Below, one piece after another: positions 22,579-32,948 of a stretch of 64,000 nt of DNA. Where the stretch lies: positions 36,069 to 100,068 of the forward strand of contig CAYYMM010000001.1 of assembly GCA_964472395.1 (NCBI GenBank), in the 5' to 3' direction. The stretch's first letter is position 1. Each line of letters opens with the position of its first letter. This DNA comes from an uncultured bacterium (GTDB lineage: Bacteria > CSSED10-310 > CALFER01). The notes under the pieces were generated by a model. That model saw only the letters and a list, made by a program, of their open reading frames with translations, was not told where the DNA came from and did not search any database. A program made the translations under genes and the position numbers.

Positions 22579-23226
22579 TCAGGAAGCGACGGAATCTGAC
22601 GCGAGCATACGACGAATCCCAATGGTCAGAATGACGATTCCCGGCATCTGGATGAGGTGAAACAAGCCATTATGATCGAATTGCCCGATCAGATGAAGAC
22701 CGGCGGAAGGGATGCTCTGGACGATGGCGGCGAACAGCGAGATCACGATGGACAGGCTGATTGCACCGGCGCCATCGCGTCTGTCGTGCGTCAACTTCAG
22801 ATAGGCTGCGAGAGAGACGAGCAGGCCGGCCGCTTCATACACGATGAAAATGAGAAACGAGTCCGGGAACACGATCGTACCGAACCAGAACACGATCCCC
22901 AGCAAGAGAAACCATCGGATGGGGAGCGGTTTCCCGATGAAGTCTCGCGCAGCGGCAGCCGTGAACAGAGCGATCGCCAGTCCCAGGCTGGCATATAGAA
23001 GCGACCAGAGAAACGAGTGTAGAGCGGGCGGGACGATTAACCCGTGGGTAATGGCACCCAGGATGCTTGCGGCTGAGAGGGATCCGAACATCGCGATCCA
23101 GATCCGTTTCTGACCGACGCAGGTTGTGTGGATACGACGGATGGGAAGGATGCAGCCCAGCGTGAGCAGTCCCAGGATGGCGTCGGTTGCGGCGGTGGAG
23201 AGTTCGGTGGGCGAAGAAGCGAGCAT
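22579..23226 (-). CDS. Polytopic membrane protein of unknown function (~6 TM helices)
   Basis: 215 aa hydrophobic ORF. Divergent from the LTD-protein gene. Confidence 0.4.
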   Translation of the reverse strand: MLASSPTELSTAATDAILGLLTLGCILPIRRIHTTCVGQKRIWIAMFGSLSAASILGAITHGLIVPPALHSFLWSLLYASLGLAIALFTAAAARDFIGKPLPIRWFLLLGIVFWFGTIVFPDSFLIFIVYEAAGLLVSLAAYLKLTHDRRDGAGAISLSIVISLFAAIVQSIPSAGLHLIGQFDHNGLFHLIQMPGIVILTIGIRRMLASDSVAS

Positions 23227-23370
23227 GATCGGGTTGTATCATAAACTCATGGAAAACAAACTCTTCTTTTTATCTGGAGACTTGCAGCGCATGGTTGTTC
23301 CGAGTATAAAGATAGGTTAGACGCCAAAATGGCCCTTGAAACATGCACAGGATGAGGAGGAAAGAACAGT

Positions 23371-26300
23371 ATGAAAGGCAGATCGATATTATCCCTTGCG
23401 GCATTACTCATGTTTTTTGCCGCCGCTGCCCACGGGCAGACCATCGCCAGATGGGATTTCGAAGACGAAAATCTGATCGTCGATGAAGGCTCCGGAACGC
23501 TCGCTCGCATTGGTGGCGGAGCTGTGAGCTATGTGACGGGAAATCCGGGGCGAGCAGTGACCAGCAACAATTATCCCACAGCCGCCAGTCCGGACGCTAC
23601 CAACTGCTGGCAAATCAATATCAGCACATTGAGCTTCTTCGACATTTTTCTGAGTTTCGATGAAACTCGATCATCCACTGGAATTCGTGCATTCCAGGTG
23701 TTTTACAGCATCGACGGAGGCAGCAACTATACGGCAGCCGCTCCTGCGACAACCGTTCCCGATGATTCGCTTTGGCGGTCTCAGTCGATCGACATGTCTG
23801 CGATCTCTGAAATCGAGAATGCCGCCAGTGTTATTTTGCAGATCAGACCCTATTCTGCCGAAGCGACGACCGGCACGTGGCGGCTGGATGACATCCTGAT
23901 CTCACAAGGCGCGCCCGCGGCCACGAGCACGCCGACATCTCCCTCTGCCACCAACACACCGACACCGACCAACACGACCGGCGGACCGACCAGCACACCG
24001 ACCAATACCCCTCCCAGTTCATCGTCCATCATCATCAACGAAGTCGACTCCGATACCCTCGGAACAGACGTCGCGGAATTCATTGAATTATACGACGGCG
24101 GCACAGGCAATACATCTTTGAATGGACACGTCGTCGTACTATTCGACGGCAGCACCGACACCAGTTATCGTGCTATCGATCTCGATGGATATACCACCAA
24201 CGCCCAGGGTTACTTCGTCATCGGTTCGACCGGCATGGGCACACCGATCGAGATCAGTCCGGGAGGATCCGGATGGTTGCAAAATGGTGCGGATGCCGTT
24301 GCGGTGTATCTCGGACATGACACAGCATTCCCGTCCGGGACAGCCGTTACGACCACAAATCTCGTGGATGCGCTGGTGTATGACACGGACGACGCGGACG
24401 ATGCCGGTCTGCTCGATCTGCTGAACGCCTCGGAACCGCAGATCAACGAAAACATCAACCTGAATAAAGACACTGAATCCATGCAGCGATGCCCGAACGG
24501 CACAGGCGGCGCGCGCAATACGTCGACATACACGCTCCTGGCGACCACCATGGGTGTCGAAAACACCTGCGTGATTCCTCCGACCAACACACCGGCGAAC
24601 ACGCCGACTCCAACCAATACTTCAGGCGGCCCGACAGATACACCGACCGTGACTCCGACGAATCCTCCGATCAGCGCCATAAAAATCAACGAGGTGTTTG
24701 TCAATTCTCCGGAAACAGACATCCACTGTTTTGTGGAATTGTATTATCCTGGTGGCAACCTGAGTCTGAACGGTTATTCACTCGTTGGCGTCAACGGAAA
24801 CGGTGGAGCCGATTATGTAACGATCGACCTGTCAACCTACTCGATTCCGGCGGATGGTTTCTTTGTAATCGCTCAGGATACCGGCGTTGCGAATTACGAT
24901 ATGATCGCCGCTTCGGTTGATATGCAAAACGGTCCGGATAGTATTCAACTGCGCGCGGGTGCGGTTGTGGTTGATGCCATGGGGTATGGCAACTTCAGCT
25001 CTGCTGTGTTTGCCGGTGAAGGCACACCATGCCCGATTATACCACCTGAGTATTCCTACTCGCGTATTCCCGACGGCGAGGATCTCGATGACAATGTCGT
25101 CGATTTCTTCATCGGCGACCTGACAGCCGGTCTTCCCAACGTGGAAGCAGTCGTTCCGACGGCGACACCGACCGGTTCAACACCGGTTCCCACCAACACT
25201 CCGACCTCCTCCGGACCGACCAATACCCCGACCATCACCCCGACCTCAGGCCCGATCCCGCCGATCAAGATCAACGAAATTTTCGTCGATCCGGTGAGTC
25301 TTGACGACGATCTGGAATGGATGGAAATCATCAATACATCTGATTCTCCGGTTGATGTTACCGATGTGATCATCCAGAGCACGACGGCGACCGGTCAGGT
25401 CTACACCGATCGCGTCATTCTGCCCGCGCTGATCATCCCGGCCAACGGATATCTGCTCGTTGCGGAATCACTGGTCGATGTGACATCGGTCCCCGGAACG
25501 ACCGTCATCTATCAGCCGACGTCCCCGGATCTGGATATCGATATGCAGAACGGATCGTCGCACACCGAAGGCGTGCGGATCGTGACCGGCGCGCATGACG
25601 TGATCGATACCGTGATCTATTCAAACCCGAACGAACCCGATCTGATCCCCGGCGATGAACCGGGCGATCCGTACGGTGAGCATTTCGCGCTGCGACCGCT
25701 CAGCGGCAACAGTCTTGCGAGATGCCCGGACGGTCAGGACACGAACCTCTGCGATGAAGATTTCATCCGCCGGACAACGGAATATGTCACCATCGGCGAT
25801 ATAAACAACTGCGAAGTTCCGACCCCGACTCCGACTCCCACCGGCCCGACCCCGACTCCGCCTCCGACATCCGCCATCAAACTGAATGAAGTCTACATCA
25901 ATCCGCCGGGAACGGATGTGGGCTGCTTCGTCGAACTGTATTTCCCGGGCGGCATGGCGCTGACCGGATACAGCATCGTCGGAATCAACGGGTATGACGG
26001 ATCGGAATACATCACGATCGATCTGTCCACCTACTCGATTCCGACCGACGGATATTTCGTCATCGCCCAGGATACCTCGGTGGCCAATTACGACGTGATC
26101 GATACCCGGATCAATCTCCAGAACGGTCCTGACAGCATCCAGATCAAGTACAGCGGTGTGGTGGTGGATGCGATGGGGTACGGCGATTTCACGGGTATGA
26201 TTTTCGGTGGCGAGGGAGATCCGGCTCCGGCATACTTCACGGGACCGTATTCGCACTCGCGGATTCCGGATGGCGACGACACGGAAGACAACCTGACCGA

Positions 26301-26466
26301 CTTTGTCGCCGGCGAATTGACATCCGGTCTGCCGAACATCGAGACGGTTGTGCCGACACCGACTCCGCCGCCTCAGGTGCCTGCATCGAGCCCCGCCGGT
26401 CTGGCCGTCATGATCATCATGATTTCGGTCCTGATCGGTTGGAGTCTTGCCCGCTCGCGCAACTGA
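23371..26466 (+). CDS. Secreted protein with four lamin-tail-domain (LTD) repeats, a conserved N-terminal domain, PT linkers, a C-terminal TM helix and basic tail
   Basis: 1031 aa. RBS GGAGG 8 nt upstream. Signal peptide MKGRSILSLAALLMFFAAAAHG. LTD signatures begin IIINEVDSD...FIELYDGG, IKINEVFVNSPETDIHCFVELYYPGG, IKINEIFVDP...WMEIINTSD and IKLNEVYINPPGTDVGCFVELYFPGG. C-terminus ...VPASSPAGLAVMIIMISVLIGWSLARSRN. Confidence 0.8.
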   Translation: MKGRSILSLAALLMFFAAAAHGQTIARWDFEDENLIVDEGSGTLARIGGGAVSYVTGNPGRAVTSNNYPTAASPDATNCWQINISTLSFFDIFLSFDETRSSTGIRAFQVFYSIDGGSNYTAAAPATTVPDDSLWRSQSIDMSAISEIENAASVILQIRPYSAEATTGTWRLDDILISQGAPAATSTPTSPSATNTPTPTNTTGGPTSTPTNTPPSSSSIIINEVDSDTLGTDVAEFIELYDGGTGNTSLNGHVVVLFDGSTDTSYRAIDLDGYTTNAQGYFVIGSTGMGTPIEISPGGSGWLQNGADAVAVYLGHDTAFPSGTAVTTTNLVDALVYDTDDADDAGLLDLLNASEPQINENINLNKDTESMQRCPNGTGGARNTSTYTLLATTMGVENTCVIPPTNTPANTPTPTNTSGGPTDTPTVTPTNPPISAIKINEVFVNSPETDIHCFVELYYPGGNLSLNGYSLVGVNGNGGADYVTIDLSTYSIPADGFFVIAQDTGVANYDMIAASVDMQNGPDSIQLRAGAVVVDAMGYGNFSSAVFAGEGTPCPIIPPEYSYSRIPDGEDLDDNVVDFFIGDLTAGLPNVEAVVPTATPTGSTPVPTNTPTSSGPTNTPTITPTSGPIPPIKINEIFVDPVSLDDDLEWMEIINTSDSPVDVTDVIIQSTTATGQVYTDRVILPALIIPANGYLLVAESLVDVTSVPGTTVIYQPTSPDLDIDMQNGSSHTEGVRIVTGAHDVIDTVIYSNPNEPDLIPGDEPGDPYGEHFALRPLSGNSLARCPDGQDTNLCDEDFIRRTTEYVTIGDINNCEVPTPTPTPTGPTPTPPPTSAIKLNEVYINPPGTDVGCFVELYFPGGMALTGYSIVGINGYDGSEYITIDLSTYSIPTDGYFVIAQDTSVANYDVIDTRINLQNGPDSIQIKYSGVVVDAMGYGDFTGMIFGGEGDPAPAYFTGPYSHSRIPDGDDTEDNLTDFVAGELTSGLPNIETVVPTPTPPPQVPASSPAGLAVMIIMISVLIGWSLARSRN

Positions 26467-26483
26467 TATCTGAATGATCCTGA

Positions 26484-26513
26484 AGCCCCGGACCTCGTCC
26501 GGGGCTTTTTTTT
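26484..26513 (+). terminator. Rho-independent terminator
   Basis: agccccggacctcgtccggggct followed by T8, 18 nt after the stop at 26466. Confidence 0.8.
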
Positions 26514-26613
26514 GGGGTGCGCCCGGAACGGCGCACCGATCCGGGCCCGGACCGTGCAGCTTGACGATGCCGGGAAAATATCCGACAATCGCTCCCCGGT
26601 CTGGAGGTTGACA

Positions 26614-27372
26614 GTGACGGACGATCGACAGAACAGGTCTCATTACAGCTACACAGTCTATGAAAACGATGATGTGGCGGAGGGATTCGAACCGCTTCGG
26701 TTCGGCGGCCCGATCGGCGTCATGTTTCGAGAGCATCAGGAACGACTGCTCAACGTCACGTTTCCGGATGTCACCAATCTTCGCATTCTGGATCTCGGGG
26801 CGGGAACCGGCCGGACATCCATTCCTCTGAGCAGGCGCAGCGCGCGTGTCGTGTCCGCGGATGCATCGTTTCCGATGCTTCGGGTCGCGATGAACAACGC
26901 GCGTCGAACCGGGACGACGATAGCCGGCGTGCGCGCCGATGCGCATCGATTGCCGTTTCGGGATGGCTCGTTCGATGTGGTGATCTGTTTCCGCATGATC
27001 ATGCATGTGGTGGATTGGCGGGAGGCGATGGCAGAGATTTGCCGGCTGGCCGCCAAATCGGTGATGATTGATTTCCCGCCGAGATGCGGGTTTGCCGGTT
27101 TTGCACCCTGGGTGCATCCCCTCTTTCGACTGATTCGGAAAGACCATCAATCCTACCGGGTATTCGGGGTGAAAGAGATATCCGATGAGCTGGCCAAAAA
27201 TGGGTTCGAAGTGGATTCCGTCGATCGGCATGTGGTGCTTCCCTTCGGACTTCACCGCGCAATCGGGTCGCCTGTGTTTACCCGGCGTATCGAATCGATG
27301 TTTCAGTCAATGGGGCTGACGGGCCGTTTCGGAGCGCCGGTCACCGTGACGGCGGTACGGAGAAAAGCATGA
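26614..27372 (+). CDS. Class I SAM-dependent methyltransferase (start set to GTG 26614 after GGAGG; ORF track starts at 26512)
   Basis: Motif I ILDLGAGTGRTS and motif post-I/II region DGSFDVVICF. The ORF-track N-terminal extension runs through the upstream terminator. Confidence 0.65.
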   Translation: MTDDRQNRSHYSYTVYENDDVAEGFEPLRFGGPIGVMFREHQERLLNVTFPDVTNLRILDLGAGTGRTSIPLSRRSARVVSADASFPMLRVAMNNARRTGTTIAGVRADAHRLPFRDGSFDVVICFRMIMHVVDWREAMAEICRLAAKSVMIDFPPRCGFAGFAPWVHPLFRLIRKDHQSYRVFGVKEISDELAKNGFEVDSVDRHVVLPFGLHRAIGSPVFTRRIESMFQSMGLTGRFGAPVTVTAVRRKA

Positions 27373-28547
27373 AGATACTGATGATTGCGCCGGAGCCAGT
27401 ATTCCGTGTCCGGGGGACCCCTTTTAGTGTCCGTGATCGGTGCCGCGCGCTGTCGGATCTCGGACACACCGTCGATCTGCTCACGTATCCATTCGGCGAT
27501 GATTTCACCTTTCCCGGTATCCGGATACATCGGACCCGGCGCGTACCGGGTATCCGGGACATCCGGATCGGGTTTTCCTGGCAGAAAATCCCTCTCGACG
27601 GATTGCTCTTTGTGAAAGCCATCGCAGCATTGCGACGCGGCGGCTACGATCTGATCCATACGCACGAAGAGGCTGGCATGATGGGAGCCTTGCTCGCGCC
27701 AATGTTCCGGATTCCTCATATTTACGACATGCATTCCAGTCTGCCGCAGCAGTTCGAAAACTATGCGACCAGCACGGCGAAGCCGGTGATGGCTTTCATG
27801 CGCATTGTCGAACGATTCATTCTGTCCCGATCACAGGCCGTCATCGCTATCTGTCCGAATCTTCGTCAGATCGCGCTCGAAGCCCGTCCGGATGCACCCG
27901 TTTTCGTCATCGAGAATGTGGCGCAGATGAGTGACACGCCGCCATCGGACGCCGAGATCGAATCGATTCGCACGACTTACGATTTGAGTGGAAAGTTTGT
28001 CATCGGTTATACAGGGACATTCGAGGTCAACCAGGGCCTTGAGATGTTGGCTCAGGCATTTGTGCGGTTCGCGGCGGAGCATCCTGGTGGGATTTTATTC
28101 CTGGCCGGCGGGGAAGAACAACAGGTCCGGGAGATGCGGCAGCGCGTGGAAGCGCTCGGGATCGCAGACCGATGCCGGATACCCGGCAAGATCGACGTCC
28201 CGCTGATGCCGGCGGTCATGGCGGCCTGTTCCGTTCTCGCCTCCCCGCGACTGATTGGCACCAACACTCCCCTTAAAATCTACAGTTACCTGAAATCCGG
28301 TGTCCCGATTCTCGCCACACGCCTCCTCACCCATACCCAGGTGCTGGATGACGCGATTGCAGTTCTCACTGAGCCTACCGTGGAGGGGCTGTATGCCGGA
28401 CTGAAGACGTTGCACGACCAGCCTGAATTGAGAAACAGATTGGGGCGTGAGGCGGTCCGGCGGGAAAAGGAGTGCTACAGTTACCCGGCTTATCTGAGGA
28501 AGGTCGACGAGACCGTCCGGCATGCGACCAGGACGTCACCCAATTAG
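27369..28547 (+). CDS. Glycosyltransferase family 4 (GT-B, group 1)
   Basis: 392 aa. N-terminal MKILMIAPEP...GTPF and C-terminal EX7E-type region (GFEVNQGLE..., SGVPILAT). 4-nt overlap with the upstream gene. Confidence 0.8.
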   Translation: MKILMIAPEPVFRVRGTPFSVRDRCRALSDLGHTVDLLTYPFGDDFTFPGIRIHRTRRVPGIRDIRIGFSWQKIPLDGLLFVKAIAALRRGGYDLIHTHEEAGMMGALLAPMFRIPHIYDMHSSLPQQFENYATSTAKPVMAFMRIVERFILSRSQAVIAICPNLRQIALEARPDAPVFVIENVAQMSDTPPSDAEIESIRTTYDLSGKFVIGYTGTFEVNQGLEMLAQAFVRFAAEHPGGILFLAGGEEQQVREMRQRVEALGIADRCRIPGKIDVPLMPAVMAACSVLASPRLIGTNTPLKIYSYLKSGVPILATRLLTHTQVLDDAIAVLTEPTVEGLYAGLKTLHDQPELRNRLGREAVRREKECYSYPAYLRKVDETVRHATRTSPN

Positions 28548-28567
28548 ATTTTTAGGAGAGTCCATCG

Positions 28568-29374
28568 ATGAGTTCGACGATACGTGACGAAGCGAAAACG
28601 GAATTGCAGATGCATCTGACCGACCAGAAAAAATCCGCGCTGCGGAAGTATCAGGACATGGTCATCGGGTCGACCCGCCTGATGGATCTCTTCCTGTACG
28701 AGTGCGTCATGTTCATCTGCAATGCATTCCCCGGTGCAATCGGGTACATGCTCCGGAAAAAACTCTATCCGCTCATCCTGGGCCATGTCGGACCGGGAAC
28801 CGTCTTCGGCCGGAACATGACGATCCGGCACGGCCGGAAGATTTCGATCGGAGCGCGCGGCATCTTCGACGATCTGGTCGTTCTGGACGCCAAGGGAGAC
28901 GGAAACCGGGGTATTGTGATCGGCGACGATGTGATTATCGCACGCAATACGGTGGTGTCGTGCAAGGGCGGGGACATCGAGATCGGCAGCAATTCGAATA
29001 TCAGTTTGAATTGCATGATTCATTCCGAAAAATCCGTCCGGATCGGTCCGCGGAACCTGTGGGCGGCTTACTGTTATATCATCGGGGGCGGCAGTCATGA
29101 CTTCGAGCGGACGGATGTGCCGATCATCCAGCAGGGTTCGCATGTCGAAGGGATTGTGATGGACGAAGACATCTGGCTCGGGGCCGACGTCAAGATTCTC
29201 GATGGCTGCCACATCGGTCGAGGAGTCGTGATCGGTGCCGGGTCGCTCGTGACCAAGGACATTCCGGAATACAAGGTCGCCATCGGGTCGCCGGTACGGA
29301 TCGTAAGGGATCGCACACGAAGTAACGGAAATGGACAAGAGCCTGCCGACCGGCCGGCGGCGGGGCAGGCATGA
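28568..29374 (+). CDS. Hexapeptide-repeat (LbetaH) sugar O-acetyltransferase, WcaF-like
   Basis: 268 aa. N-terminal membrane-proximal region similar to WcaF-type acetyltransferases, then hexapeptide repeats (IGDDVIIARNTVV, IGSNSNISLNCMI, IGRGVVIGAGSLV). Confidence 0.75.
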   Translation: MSSTIRDEAKTELQMHLTDQKKSALRKYQDMVIGSTRLMDLFLYECVMFICNAFPGAIGYMLRKKLYPLILGHVGPGTVFGRNMTIRHGRKISIGARGIFDDLVVLDAKGDGNRGIVIGDDVIIARNTVVSCKGGDIEIGSNSNISLNCMIHSEKSVRIGPRNLWAAYCYIIGGGSHDFERTDVPIIQQGSHVEGIVMDEDIWLGADVKILDGCHIGRGVVIGAGSLVTKDIPEYKVAIGSPVRIVRDRTRSNGNGQEPADRPAAGQA

Positions 29375-30366
29375 CGCGATGGAGTAAGACCGCGATCAAG
29401 ATCGGCTTCAGCAGTCTGCTGGCCGTGTATGTGTTTGTCTTCAGCGGAGTCGATATCCGGGCGGTGATCGGACATATCTCGTCCGCCGCCCCCGTCTGGG
29501 TGCTCGCGGCATCGTCTCTCCACATTACCGGTCTCATGCTGTCCGCCATGCGGTGGAAAGTGCTGCTCAAAGCCCAGGGAATCCATCAGAACATCTTCAG
29601 ATTGTTCTCATATTATCTGGTCGGACACTTCTTCAACATGTTTCTGCCTTCTGCCGTCGGAGGCGATATCGTACGCATCTATGACACGAGCCGGGATCAC
29701 GGATCGGCGGCAGAACCGTTCGCGGTGATTCTGGTCGAACGCATTTCCGGGCTCCTGACGCTCCTGCTCATGGCCGGTGTCGTCCTGATCCTGGATCTCG
29801 ACATCGGCCTGGATCTCGAAACCCGCGTGCCGGGGCTCGATGTGGCAATCGGTGTGTTCATCGCTTTCATTTTCATGCTCCCGATCCTGTTCCATCCGCT
29901 CGTGGAAAGGATCGTTCTGTCGGTAATCCGGGGGCTTCCGGTGATCCGTAAAGCCGAATCGATCGCGATCAAGCTGTTTCGTGCGTTTCGAGTGTACAAA
30001 GGGCATCCGGGGCATCTCTTTCTGGCTGTTTCCATCGGTGTGCTGCTGCAGATCAACTATGTCATCCATTATTATCTGGTCGGCCGGTCGCTCGGGATCC
30101 ATTCCGGTCTGGCGTTCTTTTTCGTGCTGATCCCCGTTCGATCCGTGGCGTTGATGATTCCGTTTTTCATCAACGGAATCGGGTTGCGCGAATTTTTCGA
30201 TGCGACCGCATTCAATCTTGTTGGAGTCGATCGCAGCACAGCGGTGGCATTTGCCGAGTTAGCGTGGTTGATCCAGATCGGGTTCGCATTGTTCGGCGGC
30301 ATCATGTATGTTGCGAGGCGCCGGAGAAGCCTCGGAGACAGCGCTCCGGGGAATGTTGAGCGGTGA
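29371..30366 (+). CDS. Flippase-like membrane protein (lysylphosphatidylglycerol-synthase TM region / UPF0104 family)
   Basis: 331 aa polytopic protein. Conserved VGHFFNMFLPSAVGGDIVRIYD motif of the TIGR00374-type family, which is frequent in glycan loci. Confidence 0.65.
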   Translation: MTRWSKTAIKIGFSSLLAVYVFVFSGVDIRAVIGHISSAAPVWVLAASSLHITGLMLSAMRWKVLLKAQGIHQNIFRLFSYYLVGHFFNMFLPSAVGGDIVRIYDTSRDHGSAAEPFAVILVERISGLLTLLLMAGVVLILDLDIGLDLETRVPGLDVAIGVFIAFIFMLPILFHPLVERIVLSVIRGLPVIRKAESIAIKLFRAFRVYKGHPGHLFLAVSIGVLLQINYVIHYYLVGRSLGIHSGLAFFFVLIPVRSVALMIPFFINGIGLREFFDATAFNLVGVDRSTAVAFAELAWLIQIGFALFGGIMYVARRRRSLGDSAPGNVER

Positions 30367-30382
30367 GGAGAAAGAGAACCGG

Positions 30383-31369
30383 ATGGAACGGGTATTGATC
30401 ACGGGTGCGAGCGGATTTGTCGGGGGGCATCTTGCCGAGCAATTGGTTGCAGACGGTGTGTCCGTCAGAGCGCTCGTTCGCGATCCCTCGAAACTCCCGT
30501 CCGGCATCGCGACGCGCTGTGACATCGTTCAAGGGGATGTCCTCGACGAATCCCTCTTCCGGCGCGCTCTCGAAAATATCGATACGGTATTCCATCTCGC
30601 TGCAATCCTTGGCCCGTCACACCTCTCCATCGCACGTTATCGGTCCGTCAACGCTGGGTCGGTCGATATGCTGATGCGTCTGTCCCGTTCGATCCGAACA
30701 ATCCGACGAATTGTGCTGGTCTCGACGGTAGGCGTTCTCGGACCGCTCAACCCCCGTGAAATCGCCTGTGAGGGGACCCCTCCCCGACCGGAAAACCGGT
30801 ATGAAGTCACGAAACTGGAAGGCGAGGAAATCGCGCTGGCGGCGAGCCGGGACGGCCTTCCCGTCGTGATCGCTCGTCCTGCCTGGGTGTATGGCCCGTG
30901 CGATACGCGAACACTGAAACTGTTCCGGATGATTGCGAGGCGTCGATTCGCCATCGTCGGCTCCGCTCAGAACCGGCAGCATCCGATCTGGATCGGGGAT
31001 CTGATCGAGGGGCTCGTGCGATGCGGCACGACTCCCGGAATCGAGGGGCGGGTCTATCATCTGGCTGGTCCTGAGATCATGACGGTCGAATCGCTGTGCG
31101 AACAGGTGGCGGAAGCAGCGGGTGTCCGGATTCCCCGCTTCAGAATCCCGCTGCGCGCGGTCCTGATTCCGGCGTACACCATCGAGTGGTTATTCAAACT
31201 GCTGGGAGGTGAACCGCCAGTCGATCATCGTAAAGTTGATTTCTTCAGGGTCAACAGGGCATATAGCATCGATCGTGCCCGAAAGGATCTCGGGTGGGAA
31301 CCAACCACGCTTTTCCGGGACGGTATCGCCCGCACTCTTGCATGGTACAGGCAAAACGGAAAGCTGTGA
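30383..31369 (+). CDS. NAD-dependent epimerase/dehydratase (SDR family). Start trimmed to ATG 30383.
   Basis: Rossmann motif LITGASGFVGGHL. The ORF-track start at 30308 overlaps the upstream gene, whereas ATG 30383 gives a 17-nt spacer. Confidence 0.8.
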   Translation: MERVLITGASGFVGGHLAEQLVADGVSVRALVRDPSKLPSGIATRCDIVQGDVLDESLFRRALENIDTVFHLAAILGPSHLSIARYRSVNAGSVDMLMRLSRSIRTIRRIVLVSTVGVLGPLNPREIACEGTPPRPENRYEVTKLEGEEIALAASRDGLPVVIARPAWVYGPCDTRTLKLFRMIARRRFAIVGSAQNRQHPIWIGDLIEGLVRCGTTPGIEGRVYHLAGPEIMTVESLCEQVAEAAGVRIPRFRIPLRAVLIPAYTIEWLFKLLGGEPPVDHRKVDFFRVNRAYSIDRARKDLGWEPTTLFRDGIARTLAWYRQNGKL

Positions 31370-31425
31370 TGAATCGTGAGTGACAAGGAATTCTGAATCA
31401 TGCATCGATCGAGGTTTCAATAACA

Positions 31426-32889
31426 ATGAAAATACTGCTGATCATCCCGCCCGGCGGATACTATGCGGAACGATGGAGCGGAGGCGTGTTGATGCCGCCG
31501 CTCGGAATCGGATACGTTGCCGCATCGCTCGAAAACACCGCTCATGACGTTCGCCTGCTCGATGCCCACGTCGGAAGAATGACGGATCGTGACGTCCAAT
31601 TGGTAGTTGAAACCGAAAAACCAGATGTGGTCGGCTTGACATTCACGACAGAAAACCGTTTTGAGGCATTTGCGACGGCTCGCGCCATCCGTGAGGCAGC
31701 GCCCGGGTGTCATCTGACAGCCGGAGGCCCTCATGTTTCACTCGCCGCTCAGGATACGCTCGAGGGGGTGTCCGTCTTCGATTCGGTGGTGGCAGGAGAA
31801 GGTGAGATCACGATGGTGGAGCTGGCGGAAGCGCTGTCGACCGGCCGTGAGCAAGATCTGAGCAAAGTCGGAGGCCTCGTGTACCGCGATTCAGACGGCA
31901 TCATCCGGTCGAACCCAGGCCGCGAACGCATCATGGATCTCGATTCCATCCCCTTCCCAGCCCGCCACCTGTATCCTCCGATGTCGGAATATCATTTTCA
32001 GTTCGACGTACCGGGAAAGGGTATCCGGCAGTTCTCGAATCTGATGACCAGCCGCGGCTGTCCCTGCGCGTGCAATTTTTGCGCGACCCCGAAGGTGTGG
32101 GGTCGTCAGGTTCGGATGCGGTCGCCTGAGAACATCATGTCCGAGATCGATCTGATGGTGGAGCGGCATGGCGCGCAGGCGTTGTGGTTTTTCGACGATA
32201 CGTTCAATTCGTCGCCCAACCGCGTCCGGAAGCTGTGTGCGATGATCCGTGACCGGCAATACGACCTTCCGTGGTTCTGTGAGGTTCGGGTCGATCAGAT
32301 GTCAAAGGAATTACTGGCGGAAATGCGCGAGGCCGGCTGTTACACGATCGGGTTCGGGGTCGAATCCGGCTCGCAACGCATCCTCGATGATGTCGTCGGA
32401 AAGCACCTCAAGCTGGAAAAAGTGCATGAGTTGTATGAATGGTGCCGCGAGTTGGATGTGATTGCCAATCCATTTTTCATTCTGAGTCACCCGACCGAGA
32501 CCTGGGAAGAGGCGCGATTGACGATCGATCTGATTCGTAAATTTAAGGAAGGCGCACAGGTGTCGATGGCGTTCATGCATGTTTATCCCGGCACGGAACT
32601 CGAACGTGAGGCCCGTCGGATCGGCACGCTGCCATCGGATTTCAAATGGCATCAGGATGGCCGGACAGACGTGAAAACCCTCCCGTCGGCTCAAGGGAAT
32701 GTCCCGATTTTCCTGGATAAACTGTCCTGGTCGCAGGTGTCGGATCTCTTGTTCGAGTGGGCCGAGATGCAGCATTATTCGGTTTGGAGGAAAATCCCCA
32801 AAGTGCTCCGATCCATCCGCTCGATCGATGATGTCAAACGGTATGGCATCATGGGTTGGCGTTATCTGCGGAGACGGCTTTCTCTGTGA
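31426..32889 (+). CDS. Cobalamin-binding radical SAM enzyme (class B), paralogue 1
   Basis: 487 aa. N-terminal B12-binding Rossmann-like domain (MKILLIIPPGG...) and radical SAM cluster motif TSRGCPCACNFCATP. Confidence 0.8.
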   Translation: MKILLIIPPGGYYAERWSGGVLMPPLGIGYVAASLENTAHDVRLLDAHVGRMTDRDVQLVVETEKPDVVGLTFTTENRFEAFATARAIREAAPGCHLTAGGPHVSLAAQDTLEGVSVFDSVVAGEGEITMVELAEALSTGREQDLSKVGGLVYRDSDGIIRSNPGRERIMDLDSIPFPARHLYPPMSEYHFQFDVPGKGIRQFSNLMTSRGCPCACNFCATPKVWGRQVRMRSPENIMSEIDLMVERHGAQALWFFDDTFNSSPNRVRKLCAMIRDRQYDLPWFCEVRVDQMSKELLAEMREAGCYTIGFGVESGSQRILDDVVGKHLKLEKVHELYEWCRELDVIANPFFILSHPTETWEEARLTIDLIRKFKEGAQVSMAFMHVYPGTELEREARRIGTLPSDFKWHQDGRTDVKTLPSAQGNVPIFLDKLSWSQVSDLLFEWAEMQHYSVWRKIPKVLRSIRSIDDVKRYGIMGWRYLRRRLSL

Positions 32890-32948
32890 CGCGACAGGGA
32901 ACCGGGGCTTCATTGTAAACAGTTCTCCGTTCCATTATTCTCAAAGAT

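Noticed and set aside
23227-23370. Possible sigma-54 promoter (TGGCCCTTGAAACATGCA) upstream of the LTD-protein gene
   Set aside because: GG to GC spacing is 12 rather than the required 10, so it is not a convincing -24/-12 element.
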